Origin: Octopus vulgaris
Lineage: Eukaryota
Assembly: GCA_951406725.2 (NCBI GenBank)
Contig: OX597814.1
Span: 69,130,001 to 69,194,000 of the forward strand
Length of the DNA: 64,000 bases
Direction of reading: 5' to 3'
Below are positions 25,824-38,259 of this stretch, piece by piece (position 1 is the stretch's first letter; every line of letters starts with the position of its first letter). The translations under genes were made by a program, and so were the position numbers. The notes below the pieces were generated by a model. It made no database searches, was not told the DNA's origin, and saw only the letters and a program-made list of their open reading frames with translations.

Positions 25824-26106
25824 TTATTATTATTCTGGTCATTGCTAATAATACTATTACGATTTTGACCATTCCTCACAATGAAATAATTGGTGCTGTG
25901 AGTACAATATTGTTTATTATTACTATTAAAGATGTCAGGAAAACTGACGAAAGGGTTTTGATTCATCAGGACAATGTTCTGGCTTTCAGTGCGCTGAGTT
26001 CAAATCTTGCCTGGATCAACATTGCCATTCATTATTTCGTGGACAGTGAATAAGTCACCATATTAGAGCATATTAGAGAATGTGCCACGATATTTGTTTA
26101 TGTCTC

Positions 26107-26396
26107 TGTAGTGTGATCGAAGAAAAGGACAACAGAAAAAGAAGCAAACGGGAGAAAGAAATACAAAAGGCCTTACCTGTTGACCTCGGCGGAATCAGCG
26201 GTCACTCTCACGAATTAAACACGTCTTGCCTCTCTGCCGTCTCAGCTCGAACTGCACACGCGTTCTTTCTGCCCACGCATGCCCCTTTCACTCTTCCGCC
26301 GGCCCCTGCAAGCCTTGCTTCCGTCCACCTCATCTGCAATCCCCTCCACCAACACCACATAGCTCCATCACAGCCCATAACACTACTAATATCACA
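26107..26396 (-). repeat. 3' LTR (290 bp)
   Basis: Direct repeat of 30056-30362; preceded on the minus strand by the purine tract AGGGGAGCG (26397-26405). Confidence 0.93.
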
Positions 26397-26462
26397 CGCT
26401 CCCCTGATCAACACATCACTCAAATGGCTTTTCCACTCACTCCTCGCTCCCGAACTCACACC

Positions 26463-29400
26463 TTAACTGGTTTCATAATCAGCCAACCGGGGAGGAGGGT
26501 GCCGCTCCCTCTGTGGTCGCCGTGCGACCCCGGGACTGGCCTGAGTTCCTGGTATGCTGCTGCTGGCTTCATAATCTTGTCTACTGATGCTGTCTTCATC
26601 TTCTTGCCTACTGTTGATGTCTTCATCTTCTTGCCCACTGCTGCTGATTCCATCCTCTGAGGCATGGACAGTCTTCCGTACATCCAAAACGCGGTGTGGC
26701 ATACCATCGACAGAGAAGTTGTTCTTCGAATTGATGGAGGTTATTGTTCCCTTTCCCCATCGTGATGTACACCGTGCGTTTGGGGGTTTTACCCAAACTT
26801 CTTCCCCAACCTGCACGAAGGCACGCTCTTCCTCTGCCCCGGGTCGCATTGATGCAGTACATGGATGCCTCCACTCGTACCTGAATATTGCCCTGTGTGG
26901 CACCGACTCCTCAGCCTGTCCTGACCTGGGCGACATATTGTACCAAAACACGGCCTCGATTGGTGAAATGTGGCCCCTCTTTGCCATGGTCTTGATGGTA
27001 CGATGATGCCTTTCCACCACCCCATTTCCACTCGGCCGGTATGCCGCCCTGAAGAAGCGGTTGACCTGCCACCCATCAAGCATTTGTTTCAGCACCTCCG
27101 AGCGAAATGCAGTGCCATTATCCAGAAGCAGTTCATCCACGGGGCCTCGTTCCAGGAATATCTCATTTAATACTTTCACGATTTCCTCTGCGGTCCCCAT
27201 CTTCATCTCCCTCCATATGGCCAACCGCCCCCATTGAAAGGTATGTCCCCTGCCGGTAGTGTTATGTCCACCGCCAGTCGTTTCCAGTCGTGGTCCACTG
27301 GAATAATTCCCGCCCCATGTACGCCCGGAGTAGGATCGATGGACTAGCACCTATCACAGCTGCTAACCACTCTCTGCACGCTCCGTCTTGTTACATCGGA
27401 GTCAACTTTCCTAGCTAGGAACAACATCCTGTCCACCCCCATGTGATGCATGGTATGCAATCTCCTCAACTTCGAGTCACTCAGACGGCATACTGCAGTC
27501 ACAGCCTGCTCCGCATCCTCTGGCACCTGCAACCAGGCTCGCTTTACCCTGGTCAGGATGTCTGCCCTCTTCTCGGAAGGCACAAAGATCACACTCCGCT
27601 TCAGAATGAACTCAGTGGTTAGTTCTCGCAATATCCCCGATCGACGCTTTACCAGCATCTCTGCGGCCCCTTTGGTTCGCACACTCCGCTCATTGGTGAT
27701 GACTGCTGTCACCCAACCAAGTACAGTGGCTGAATCAGTCCTGATTTCTATGGTGTGCAGCCCCCACTTCAAGGCTAGGTTCACTCCCTTCAACACGGCA
27801 TCCAACTCCGCCACATTGATATGATTGCAGTCATCCGTCTTCCTGAGCCAGGCTGCATCTTCCACCATGACACCCCCATTTCCAAGACAACCCCTATTGC
27901 GGTGCTACTGGCGTCACACCATACAATCCCACTCTTTGATTTGGGAACATACCAACTGCCCCTCACTGGATCCTTTGCTCTCACTCTGACCAAGACTTCC
28001 TGTATCATGTCGGTCGTCTTCTCCCCCATTCTATCGTTCCACTTCACTCCTTCGGCTCGTCCCTTGATGAAGCTACATACTGTCCGGAGCCATCCTGCAA
28101 TCGGGTAGTGTCCCACCAACTTCCCACACACCGAGAACAGTTCCCGTCTACTCATTCTGGCGCCCAGTTCGGGGATCTCGTTCCCTCACCGGAACACCAA
28201 CGCTCCGGCCTTATCTCTCCATAGCTTCAGGCCCAGTGCAGCACCTCCCTCCATTGCCTCTGGTGGCTTGGCGATCAGTCCAAAACTCTTCAGGTGGCCT
28301 ATGACCTCCATTGCTGGTATTACGGTTTCATCCACCAAAATGTCATCAATGTACGAATTGGTGGCCTTTTTTACTCTGTCCACATTTCCCAGGATGGCCT
28401 TGAGAATTGTTGCCCGAACCCCAACCTGGTACGAGACTGGTCAGACAGTACATCCGGCCCTTATATCTGACAAGCTGATACTTCCACAGTTTCTCAGCCA
28501 CATGCACCTATAGGTATGCCGACTTCAAATCGACAATCGTGGAGGCCCCTGTCATCTGTCTCCACTCACGCAAGGTGTCTCCGCAGACATCTGTGGCCTC
28601 GCCGCCTGTATGACATGATACGTGGTCATTCAGCTCTCGGAAGTCAAGCACTGGCCTGACCTTATGCTTTGTGGGCTGTACCACCACCATCAGTGGCAGG
28701 ACTTCGCTCTCTTCTTTTTCCCAAGGGATCAATATGCCCTTCTTAACCCATCGCTCCACCTCCCTCTCGAACTCACTTCTGGCATCTCCTTTTAGAGTAT
28801 GTTGATAGCAGCCCACTTTATTTTTTAACGTCGGGGGCTCTCCCTTCCAGTGCCACTCCACTGTCCACCTCTGGCCATCAAAGACAGCCCGAAAATCCTG
28901 GTCTTCAATGGCGTGTGCAGCATATTTTCTTCACGGTTCTCACCATACACGGTTTCCCCGCAAACCCGAACGTTACGCCGGCCTCGTTAACAGTGACACC
29001 TCCCAAACGGGTGATTGCATCCATCCTCATCACCACGTCAATCTCGTCCACCAAGTGGCCAACTAAAATTGCTCGCAGCGTCAGCCTTATTCGCTACACC
29101 ACAATCTGCGCATCTATAATGCCTTCACAATGTACTTCTCTTCCGTCGACTGCTCTTACACTGCTTTCTCCACTACACGTCTCTACCACTTTTAGAGTCA
29201 TCAGGGTTGTTGTACAGCCCGTGTCCACAAGGGCTCGCGACATCTTCCCCTCCACCAGAATGTCGGCTACAGGTAATGAAGATAAACGCGCCTCTATAGA
29301 TCCAAAGGGACAACTATCGGCGCAGTAGTCTCCCTCAGACCGTTTCCCCGCAGACATTCGCTGGCTATATGTCCCGTTTCTCGACACCGGTAGCAAATGA

Positions 29401-30013
29401 CCTCAGGTTTAGGTGACTTGCAGTCTCGTACCATGTGCGGGCTCTGACACCGGAAGCACTGTCCTTTGAATGGTCGCAAACGTTCTTTCTTTGACTCCTC
29501 TCCGCTGCTCCTTGCTCGGCCACTTTTCGTTGTTGCAGTCGCTGCTACCGACGTCGTTCTGCAGCACGAATGTCTGCCATCGCCATCGAGTGAATATTCG
29601 GCAGCTTCCGCAACTCGACCGACATGTGGTCAGAAAAGCCAGTCACAAACACCAACTTAACCGTTCGGTCCAGCGATTCTCCCTCATATCCCGCCAGTTT
29701 AGCCAACCTTCTGAGTTCATTTGCAAATACGTCAACCTGTTTTCCCCAGGCGAGCGTATGCCTCGAACATTCCCTCCGTAAAGGCCTCCATCAAATGGAT
29801 TTCTACTTTCTCCGTGCTTAGTTGGTCCCTCTCTTCCATTTCTAGGTACAGCACCAAAGCCGAACCATCCAAGTACAGCGGTATAAAATTCGCTAAGTCG
29901 CTTACACCGTGGAGCTTCGCCACCAACTTCATCTTCTTCAACCAAGCGACTACATCTGTGTCACCGCAAAATGGTTTGATCATATCGTTCGAAATACGGA
30001 CAACACTCATCAT
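26463..30013 (-). pseudogene. gag-pol of the LTR element, frameshifted and with internal deletions
   Basis: gag (DVVAWLKK..PLYLDGSA; CFRC..H..C and CYRC..GH..C knuckles), protease ALVDTGC, RT VRPVLDFRELN/DLKSAYL/YIDDIL, RNase H WCDAS..HINVAELDA..TDS, integrase HH..CDRC, DNGTAF, NGVVERHHRTIK. Confidence 0.9.
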
Positions 30014-30043
30014 TCGTTTTTTTGTTGCTTTTTTTTTTTAAGG

Positions 30044-30055
30044 GCCGAAATAGCT
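30044..30055 (-). promoter_or_regulatory. Primer-binding-site position: AGCTATTTCGGC, complementary to tRNA-Phe(GAA) nucleotides 1-12
   Basis: Plus strand reads GCCGAAATAGCT directly abutting the 5' LTR; animal tRNA-Phe begins GCCGAAAUAGCUCAG. No canonical TGG-starting PBS is present. Confidence 0.75.
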
Positions 30056-30362
30056 TGTAGTGTGATGGAAGAAAATGACAACAGAAAAAGAAGCAAACGG
30101 GAGAAAGAAATACAAAAGGCCTTACCTGTTGACCTCGGCGGAATCAGCGGTCACTCTCACGAATTAAACACGTCTTGCCTCTCTGCCGTCTCAGCTCGAA
30201 CTGCTCACACGTGCTTCCTGACCACACGTTCTTCCTGCCCACGCATGCCCCTTTCACGCTTCCGCCGGCCCCTGCAAGCCTTACTTCCGTCCACCTCATC
30301 TGCAATCCCCTCCACCAACACCACATAGCTCCATCACAGCCCATAACACTACTAAAACCACA
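30056..30362 (-). repeat. 5' LTR (307 bp)
   Basis: Differs from the 3' LTR by a 17-bp indel and about 8 substitutions counted by eye. Confidence 0.93.
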
Positions 30363-30445
30363 GTCTCTGCACTGAATTCATATCCCACTATCAACTTTAC
30401 CTTTCGTCCTTTCGAGGTCGGAAATAATGTACCAGCCCAGTGCAA
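30363..30445 (+). mobile_element. Old degraded SINE split by the LTR insertion (5' part near 26060-26106)
   Basis: TCAACTTTACCTTTCGTCCTTTCGAGGTCG resembles the core of the 16261 SINE. Confidence 0.6.
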
Positions 30446-31159
30446 ACCTGTCTCTCTCCTGAATATTCTGCAAGGTCAAAAGCGAGAGAACCGAAACGGT
30501 GTCAGTCTGTCGCTGCTACATAGACACTTAAAACGATTAAAGAAAATATGGTATATAGTACATGATACTGCAGCTGTATTTTAGTTTTTTTGTTTGTATG
30601 TTTTTTACAAACACAAGGGAAAATGTACTCAAAGAACTGAAGTGTGGATATTTATTCTAATGCTGAGACTACTTTCATTTAAAAGAGTTTTGTGTAACTG
30701 ACAACGTAACTAGCCTCTGATATAGAAGACATCGTATGTTTAGCATAATTATTCATAGACTGGCATTGAATGTTAGATATGTCAACTGAAAATTCTTTTA
30801 AAATAACACATAATACAGTATAGAAAACTAAAACCATATTTACAGAGGGATTCAAAAGACCTTTAGTATTAATATAAACCCCTTAACCAACATAAGTTAC
30901 AGTTAATTGAGCTTGTAAATATAACATTTCTTCTCCCACTCACTTTCATTTACTCATATTTCTCAACTTCTTATAGTTTTCATTTATGTCACTACTGACA
31001 TTCCAGTCTTTTCGATGACTGTTACCACGCTGTTCTTACAGCTAGCCAGATAATTAAAGTAGGTATTCCTGGTTAAGCCAGATTGCCTTTATAATGTGCT
31101 ATTTTTAGCAGGACAATGAATATTAAATCGTGTTTTAATTTTAGTAAAATATTAAACTC

Positions 31160-31162
<3 letters not shown>

Positions 31163-31234
<72 letters not shown>
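31163..31234. repeat. (TG)n microsatellite
   Basis: Pure TG run followed by (CAGA)/(GATA). Confidence 0.95.
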
Positions 31235-31239
<5 letters not shown>

Positions 31240-31442
31240 TGTAGGCAGACAGACTGACAGACAGACAGATAGATAGATAGATAGATATTGAAAAGTTTTG
31301 AGAAAAACACCGCGTAGAGAATTATAGTAAAAATGAAAATAAGGGAAAATGCATTGAAATGTTGATGTTGTAAAAATACATTTATGAAATAAAATATTTA
31401 TATAGTCGACCGGTTTCTCCTGTTTTGTTAATCTTTTGGGTA

Positions 31443-31925
31443 AATATGTTATCTGATTGAACAAAAAGTTACAAAATATTGCAATTAAGCATGAAAAGAT
31501 GAAAAGAAGTGGAAATGAAATTTTCTTCTTTTGTAGTGTTCTATTTACACATAAGTGTCTTTTTATTTCTCGGCCAAACTCTTTTCATATTAATGTCTTT
31601 TGGGTGAATATATGTTATCTGATTAATAAGGAGATTATGTTTACCAAAGAGATCACTGAAATCACAAAACTTTTAACAAAACTAAATGTTCCGAAATATT
31701 GCAATTAAGCATTGAAAATATGAAAAGAAGTGGAAATGAAAATTTCTTGTTTTCTTGTGTACCATTTACACATTTGTGACTTTTTATTTCTCTGACAAAC
31801 ACTTTTGTTTAAATATATGTTATTGTATTGATAAGGAGATTATATTTACCAAAGAGATCACTGAAATCACAAAACTTCTAACAAAGCAAAAGTTACAAAA
31901 TATTGTAATTAAGCATGAAAATATG
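31443..31925. repeat. Degenerate ~200-bp tandem repeat (2-3 units)
   Basis: ACCAAAGAGATCACTGAAATCACAAAAC at ~31643 and ~31848; AATATTG.AATTAAGCAT occurs three times. Confidence 0.75.
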
Positions 31926-32142
31926 CATCTAATACCAAATATTTGAAGAAAATTTGGACACAAAAATATCGGAAGTCATTGGAAAATTGTGTCGACATAG
32001 AATATTGCCTTTCCAATCAATGTTCAATAGTATGTGTGAATATGTATCTCAAAGTAAATACTTTATGAATCCTTTAACACGGAATGCTTTGCAATTAAGC
32101 GTGAAAGCATTGCTAATTGTTAATATCGGTTGTAAACTCTAG

Positions 32143-32480
32143 AGGTTTAGGCTTAGAGTTATGTTAACGTTGAGGTTGAAGTTCAGTTTGAAGTTGAGGT
32201 TAGAGTTAAGTTTCAGGAGCTTGGTTTGTGTAAGGGTTTGTTAGCGATAGTCACAGAGTTAGTTTTAGTGTTGTGTTTAGTGTGAAAATTCTATTTAGCA
32301 ACTTTTCCTGAAAGCTTCAAATTTTCTCAGAATAAATTAATACCGGAAATGCTAATATTTCTTAATGTCATGCTCTTACTCTAACCTGTAACTTACCACT
32401 AAACGCAACCGAAAACAAAACTAACTATAAGTTTACCTATACTTCACCTAACCTACAACTAACGCTAATCCTATCCCATA
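32143..32480. repeat. Degenerate telomere-like hexamer tract (TTAGGG-like, then CCCTAA-like)
   Basis: 6-bp periodicity; 32143-32245 is repeated at 34254-34356. Confidence 0.65.
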
Positions 32481-32484
32481 CTCT

Positions 32485-33407
32485 TGTAGAGCGACCGTAT
32501 ATAAAGGAGATGGTGACAAATGTCTCATTTTTGAACGCCGCATGGTCGCCTTGCAAAAGAAGCCAAAATATCTGCCAAAAGGAATAAGGAAAAGACACAA
32601 CCGTATAATGTATAAGAGAAAATACTTTATTTAGATGTGTTCGTGAGTAGCAGAGTGTTTGTCTATGAGTACGACAAGTGTGTGTGTTCTGTGTACGTGT
32701 GTGCATCATAAGTGTGAGATAATACAAAGCATAGAAAAGTCCATAATCAGGACACTAGATGTATGTTCAGACACAAATGGAGATAATTACCAGTTCGTAG
32801 TAATATACACAATAGCAGAGATACTGTAACCATGAGGTTGGTGGTCACAAGGCAGATGCCGGTTGAACACATGTAGTGTAGCGGTTGTGGCCTCAATGCT
32901 GTGTCGAGTTACTGGTACAGAAGATCTTGTAGGTAGGCTGAGCTGTTAACCTTGGTGAATATTCACAAACAGCATGGACGATGTTACAGTTGGTGTGTAC
33001 GTAGACATGTTGGTGGTGTCAATAAGCTGAAAGGCGACGGTGGTGAACGACGACGTTAAGATGAAGTCGACGGTGGTGAAAGGTCCTGAAATGCTGTGGT
33101 GGTGTTGGTGTCGCGGTCACTGTCTGCCGCTGGAACATGGCTGTATGTTGCTGGATGCTCTGTGGTCAATGGTCTAGGACCAAAGACAGAAATGGTTTGT
33201 CGTGACTAGCTTTTAAAGGATTTAGGTGGCTCAAACAAGGCATTAGAAAAACAGTGTCACGGGACCTTATCTGAAGGTTGCAATTGGTTGGTTTACACAT
33301 TGGTGCAAAATAAAGCAAGAGATAAAACTGCACCAAAACCAACCAATCAGAGTAGCGGACACAACAGGGCCTAAGCAGTCGAAGGATGGCTGCTATCTAC
33401 CTCAACA
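32485..33407 (-). mobile_element. Probable solo LTR (~920 bp)
   Basis: Termini TGTTGAG..CTCTACA (imperfect inverted repeat); CCAAT, TATA-like and AATAAA signals in order on the minus strand; no TSD found. Confidence 0.5.
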
Positions 33408-33454
33408 TTATTTGTATGATGTCCCTCAAAGAGGGATAATGTATTTCACTAACC

Positions 33455-33624
33455 GCTTACACCCTAATTCTCAATCGTAAACCTAACTCTAGCGCTGACC
33501 CTAAATCTAAAATAAACCTTAAACTTAATGGTAGCTCTAAACCTAAACCTAAACAAAGCTAATCCTAACCCAAACCTTAAGTCTAATCCTAAACCTAAAC
33601 ATAGATGGATGGATAAATACACAA

Positions 33625-33683
<59 letters not shown>

Positions 33684-34585
33684 CATATACATGAGCCTAA
33701 ATATAAACCCAAACTTAGTAAACATAAAACTAAAACTGAACACAAAGACTAATCTAAACCAAAAATTGAAACCTAGACCTATTACTAATACTAAGTCTAA
33801 CTAATACACCCAAACCTACAAATGAAACTACATATAAAGCTAAAGCAACCTAAAATCTAAACTTAAACCTAAACTTCAATCTGAAATTCAACATAAATAA
33901 ACATAAATCTAATCATCCACTGAAGCTGAACCTCTACATAAACCTAACTCTAACCCTAAATCTGAAACTAAACGAAAATTTACACGTAAGCCTAAAATTC
34001 TAACCTAAAACCAACCGTAAATGTGAATCTATGCCTAAATCTAAAACTAAACCTTAACTTAAACATAAACATAAAATTAACCCTAGCATTCACCCTAAAC
34101 CTAAACCTGAACCTGACCCTCCACATAAACCTAAACATAAACAATCCTATCCACAGGCTTACATATAAGTTTTGATTGATGGAGGTTTAATTTTTGGTTT
34201 AGGTTTACATTGAGGTTTTGATTGAGTTTTAGGGTTAGGTTTCGTTTTAGATGTAGGTTTAGGCTTAGAGTTAGGTTAACGTTGAGGTTTAGGTTCAGTT
34301 TGAAGTTCAGGTTAGAGTTAAGTTTCGGGAGCTTGGTTTGTGTAAGGGTTTGTTAGTTTTAATGTTGTGTTCAGTGTTAAGCTTAGTGTTCGGGTTAGTT
34401 TCAGGTTTAGGTTTAGGTTAGGTTTGGAATTAGAGTCTTGGTTATTAGTGCTTTTTTTAGGTTAGAGTTTGTATTAAGTGTAGGGTTCGGGTTAGGTTCA
34501 GGATCAGGGTTAGGGTTAGAGTTAGGTTTAGGTTTACGTTAGGCTTAGTTTTAGGGTTAGGTTTAAGAGTAGAGTTTGGGTTAGG
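33455..34585. repeat. Degenerate telomere-like tract: CCCTAA-like (33455-34150) then TTAGGG-like (34170-34585), with (AG)n at 33629-33680
   Basis: Hexamer periodicity with strand switch near 34160. Confidence 0.75.
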
Positions 34586-34789
34586 GTGAGAGTACATGAG
34601 TATGGTTGCATATATATACGTGGATGTACATGCAAGTATTCCACACTAGTGTGAGTGAGCATATGCATATATAGCAATAAAAATATAAAAATATACCTCT
34701 ATAAATATGTAAAAAATATATAAGAAATATATATATATATAAAGTATAGAGAGATAAAAAGCTTGTACGTGGACACAAAAAAAGCAAGT

Positions 34790-35840
34790 TCTATTTGTGA
34801 TCTTGGGGGGAACCAAAAACGTAACAATTATTTAGCCACATATGGACATGATCCAAAAAGTTCAGTTCTTGAATTCAGGCATGTGGCAGGGTCTAAGCTG
34901 CTTTTCCAGATGAGCCATCTTTCCATATCACAAACACCGCATTTTCCACTGCCATTGGTGTAAGGCTTACACTTAGCTATGATCTTCCAATGGATGTTGT
35001 AACTGACACCTTTATCTTTTAAGGACAATATATGACTGGATTATTCGGTTGTTTTCTTTTTATCCCAGTACCTGAAGCTCAAGGTGTGATTGTTGAACCT
35101 GACTTTAAAATCTCCCTCAGTAAGGCTCACATTTTGTCGAAACTGTGTCCTTAGTAGTTGTGGAGACTACGGTGGCTTCATAAATGATGGCCTCGGCCAT
35201 GCAAGCTCCATTTAGCAGGCACAAATTTTTATCCCCGCATGAACAGCTGATTTCATTTTGTGGTTTTTGTGTGCGATTATATTTTTAAAATTAGTAGTTG
35301 AGCTGAAACTAATTTTTAAGTTATGTCTATTGAAGAGCTTTCTGTAACTATGATTGATCGGAAAATGTCTATCTATCAGTGCTAAGAAATACTTACCTAT
35401 ATTAAAGGTCACTTCGGGGGAGTAGGGGTGTGTGAACCAAATGGTTTTCCTATTCCTGTTTCTTTTGCTTTATACACCTGTCACCAGTCCAATAAAGAAA
35501 AGGAAACATAGGAATAGGAAAACCATCTGGTTCACTCCCCCGAAGTGACCTTTAATATAGGGAAGTATTTCTTAGACATTTTCCAGACAACTATGGTTAC
35601 AGGAAGCTCTTCAATAGACATAACTTAAAAATCAGTTTCAGCTCAACTACTAATTTTAAAAATATAATCACACACAAAACACAAAAACCACAAATTTAAA
35701 CCAGCTGTTCATGCAGGGATAAAAATTTGCGCCAGCTAAATGGAGCTTCATTTATGAAGCCACCACAATTTTGACAAAGAAATAGGTGGGCCTTACAGAG
35801 GGGAATTTCAAAGCCAGGTTCAACAAATTCACTCTCAAGG
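34790..35840 (-). mobile_element. Penelope-like element relic (GIY-YIG region) with inverted partial copy
   Basis: Minus 34828-35460: RKTIWFTHPYS.VTFNIGKYFL..RHFP, CSC..C.LNGAC, LTEGDFKVRFNNH, WKII, CGVC, LNSRTE. Plus 35505-35840 is an inverted homologue, an arrangement typical of PLE 5' ends. Confidence 0.8.
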
Positions 35841-36255
35841 CTTTGGTACCATGCAGTGGGACTGAACCTGGAACGATGTGGTTGGTAAGGAAGCTACTTA
35901 CCACACAGCCTATGTTTAACTTTGGGGGAACTTGCAATATTTTACCAAAAAGGAAAACCATAATTGTCACTAAATGCAACTAGGTTGTTATAAAGAGCTT
36001 CATTGCTAGAAATAACAGCTAAAATGCTGACATAGCACATATTTAGGATCTAGTCTTTCTCATTTGCAAAATCAGTCCCACTTAATTTTGCTCAGATCGC
36101 TTTCAATTTTGGTGTATTGATGCAACTCTGAATTTTGATTGCAATCATCCAAGTACTTTATCTTGTAAATTAAAGAGTCTGATGTTATTTAGCATTAAAG
36201 TTGAGAAATTTGGGTAATTTTATCCAATCAACTAACAACATGGCATTAGCAGCTT

Positions 36256-36295
36256 GTTACCATGACAACCACTCGCTGTAGTTGTCATGGTTCAC
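36256..36295. promoter_or_regulatory. Pair of RFX X-box-like motifs
   Basis: GTTACCATGACAAC (36256-36269) and GTTGTCATGGTTCAC (36281-36295) versus the consensus GTTNCCATGGNAAC. Confidence 0.45.
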
Positions 36296-38259
36296 TGTTG
36301 TCTATATTGATTTTTCACACATAATTCTTCACATCATGAGATTCTTTTCACCTGTGTATTTTGCTTTAATTTTTTGTGTTAGTATATTACATAATTACAT
36401 TTCTCTGTGTTATTATTTTTCTGTGCTTTTTTCTGCGTTTTTACATATTTTTTTTATTTCATATATTATTTTAGGATTCATTGACTCAGATAGCTGGATT
36501 TATGATTTCACTAGGTTACTTCTGTTCATAAAAATTTAAATTAGGAGTATTTCTTAAAATGTTAGCTTCACATATTTAGAGCTTAACTGAAATTTAGCCC
36601 CCATAACAGAAACTCAGAGGAATATTGCGGAACAGAGAAACTGTGGGTGATATGGAGAATTTGACATTAATTTTGAATTCTGCATGCAAAAATGTATAAG
36701 ATACAGGTAATCTTTTCCTTGGGGCAAATTCTTTGTTGACCAGTGTTATTCTTATCATAGTTTACAAATCCAAGCATGAATACGTTACTCCACTTTGGAG
36801 TTTTGGAGACAGATGCCCCCTACACACACACACACACATATGAATGCATAAATGTATTTATAAACTTATATATGAATACATACATCCACATGTACTCATA
36901 TATTAATGATGTACACAAATACATGACAGATATACATAATACTGAAATATGCATGCCGACAAATTTTTAAAAATTAATAAAATCATACAATCAATGAAGA
37001 GACAAAAGAAACAGTAAGATGATACATGTTGATTTTATTAGGTATTCCTGTTTATTTAGAAACCTACAACGAACAGCTCAGAGGCTAAACTCTAAATTTC
37101 ACACCTTCTGCTAAATGCAGAAAATTTCTGTCTCGCTATTGGCTAAAAGTATAGGTTTTAATTATTTTTAAACCTCTGTAACATTTTGTAAATTTTTTTT
37201 CTCCACAACATCATACCTTCAAAGCAGTGAGACTCAAAGGCTACATTAGTACAGCCGATTTTCAGATTTTTTACTGTCTTTTAAAAAATGCATATTTTGC
37301 AAATGTAAAAGAGTAGTATTTATGTACATATATATACAGACATGGACGCATTTTTGAATGATTACATTCCGGAACCTGCCAAAGTAGACCGAGTTCTTAC
37401 TGAATTCAGTAAGTTAGAAACTGTTGATACTATCATGTCTGGTACATCCTACTACACTATATATGCCTGCAGAGGCTTCCCTATAAAATAGGATTAGTGG
37501 ACACTCAGATATTTTGTTTACATTTTATGAAAATTTAACATTTTACGGAAATCATTTAGTGGTATATATATAATGTTACATGCCTTTTTGTAAGATTTAA
37601 AGTTGTTGGATTTATTCCAGTTTATAAAATTTTTTCATTCTGTGTATATTTTGCATTTGTTTCGTAATGCCTAATAAAATTGTTTTCTAAATTATTCAAC
37701 CACGTTTCTGTTCTCTTACTATATACAGTATCTCTACTTGATTGTTCTGTCTTTTGTATTTGAAAGTTTATTCTAAATGCTTAACTAATCTTATATATAA
37801 TAAAATGCAGTGTGTTTCTCATCAGTTACACTGGACAATAGAAACTAAAACAACGAAGTGGGAGTGAATGACAGTTAGAGATGTTAAAAGAAGGTGAACT
37901 GTAATGAGTTCTTTTGCACTGAAGTTGGTATTTAAATCAGAATGAAACTAAATTTTTATCATAAATTTATTTTATCAATTTTACCCACACATAAATATAT
38001 ATATAAATTTAAATATTAAAATATTCTGTTTTTAAACGTATTGCTCACATAACATTTATCAATTATATATATATTCTTTCATGCTTGCCTTTATGAAACT
38101 AACCTTTCTTTTTTCCAAGTATATGTATTTGTAGATAATTATGTGAATAAAGAAATAAGACTGCTTGGGTTTGATATACAAAATATATATGGTTATATAT
38201 GTGAATACAGAGAAGGCAATGTGTGTGTGTGTACATATGTGTGCACGTATGTGTGTATA

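Larger units (their letters stand above)
26107..30362 (-). mobile_element. Ty3/Gypsy-type LTR retrotransposon with two LTRs and 5-bp TSD, coding region decayed
   Basis: TG..CA LTRs at 26107-26396 and 30056-30362; TSD GTCTC at 26102-26106 and 30363-30367; domain order gag-PR-RT-RH-IN on the minus strand. Confidence 0.95.

Noticed and set aside
30044-30362. Tf1-like self-priming, or a canonical tRNA-Phe 3' PBS
   Set aside because: The complementary sequence is not in the LTR, and a canonical site would read TGGTGCCGAAA on the sense (minus) strand, which is absent.
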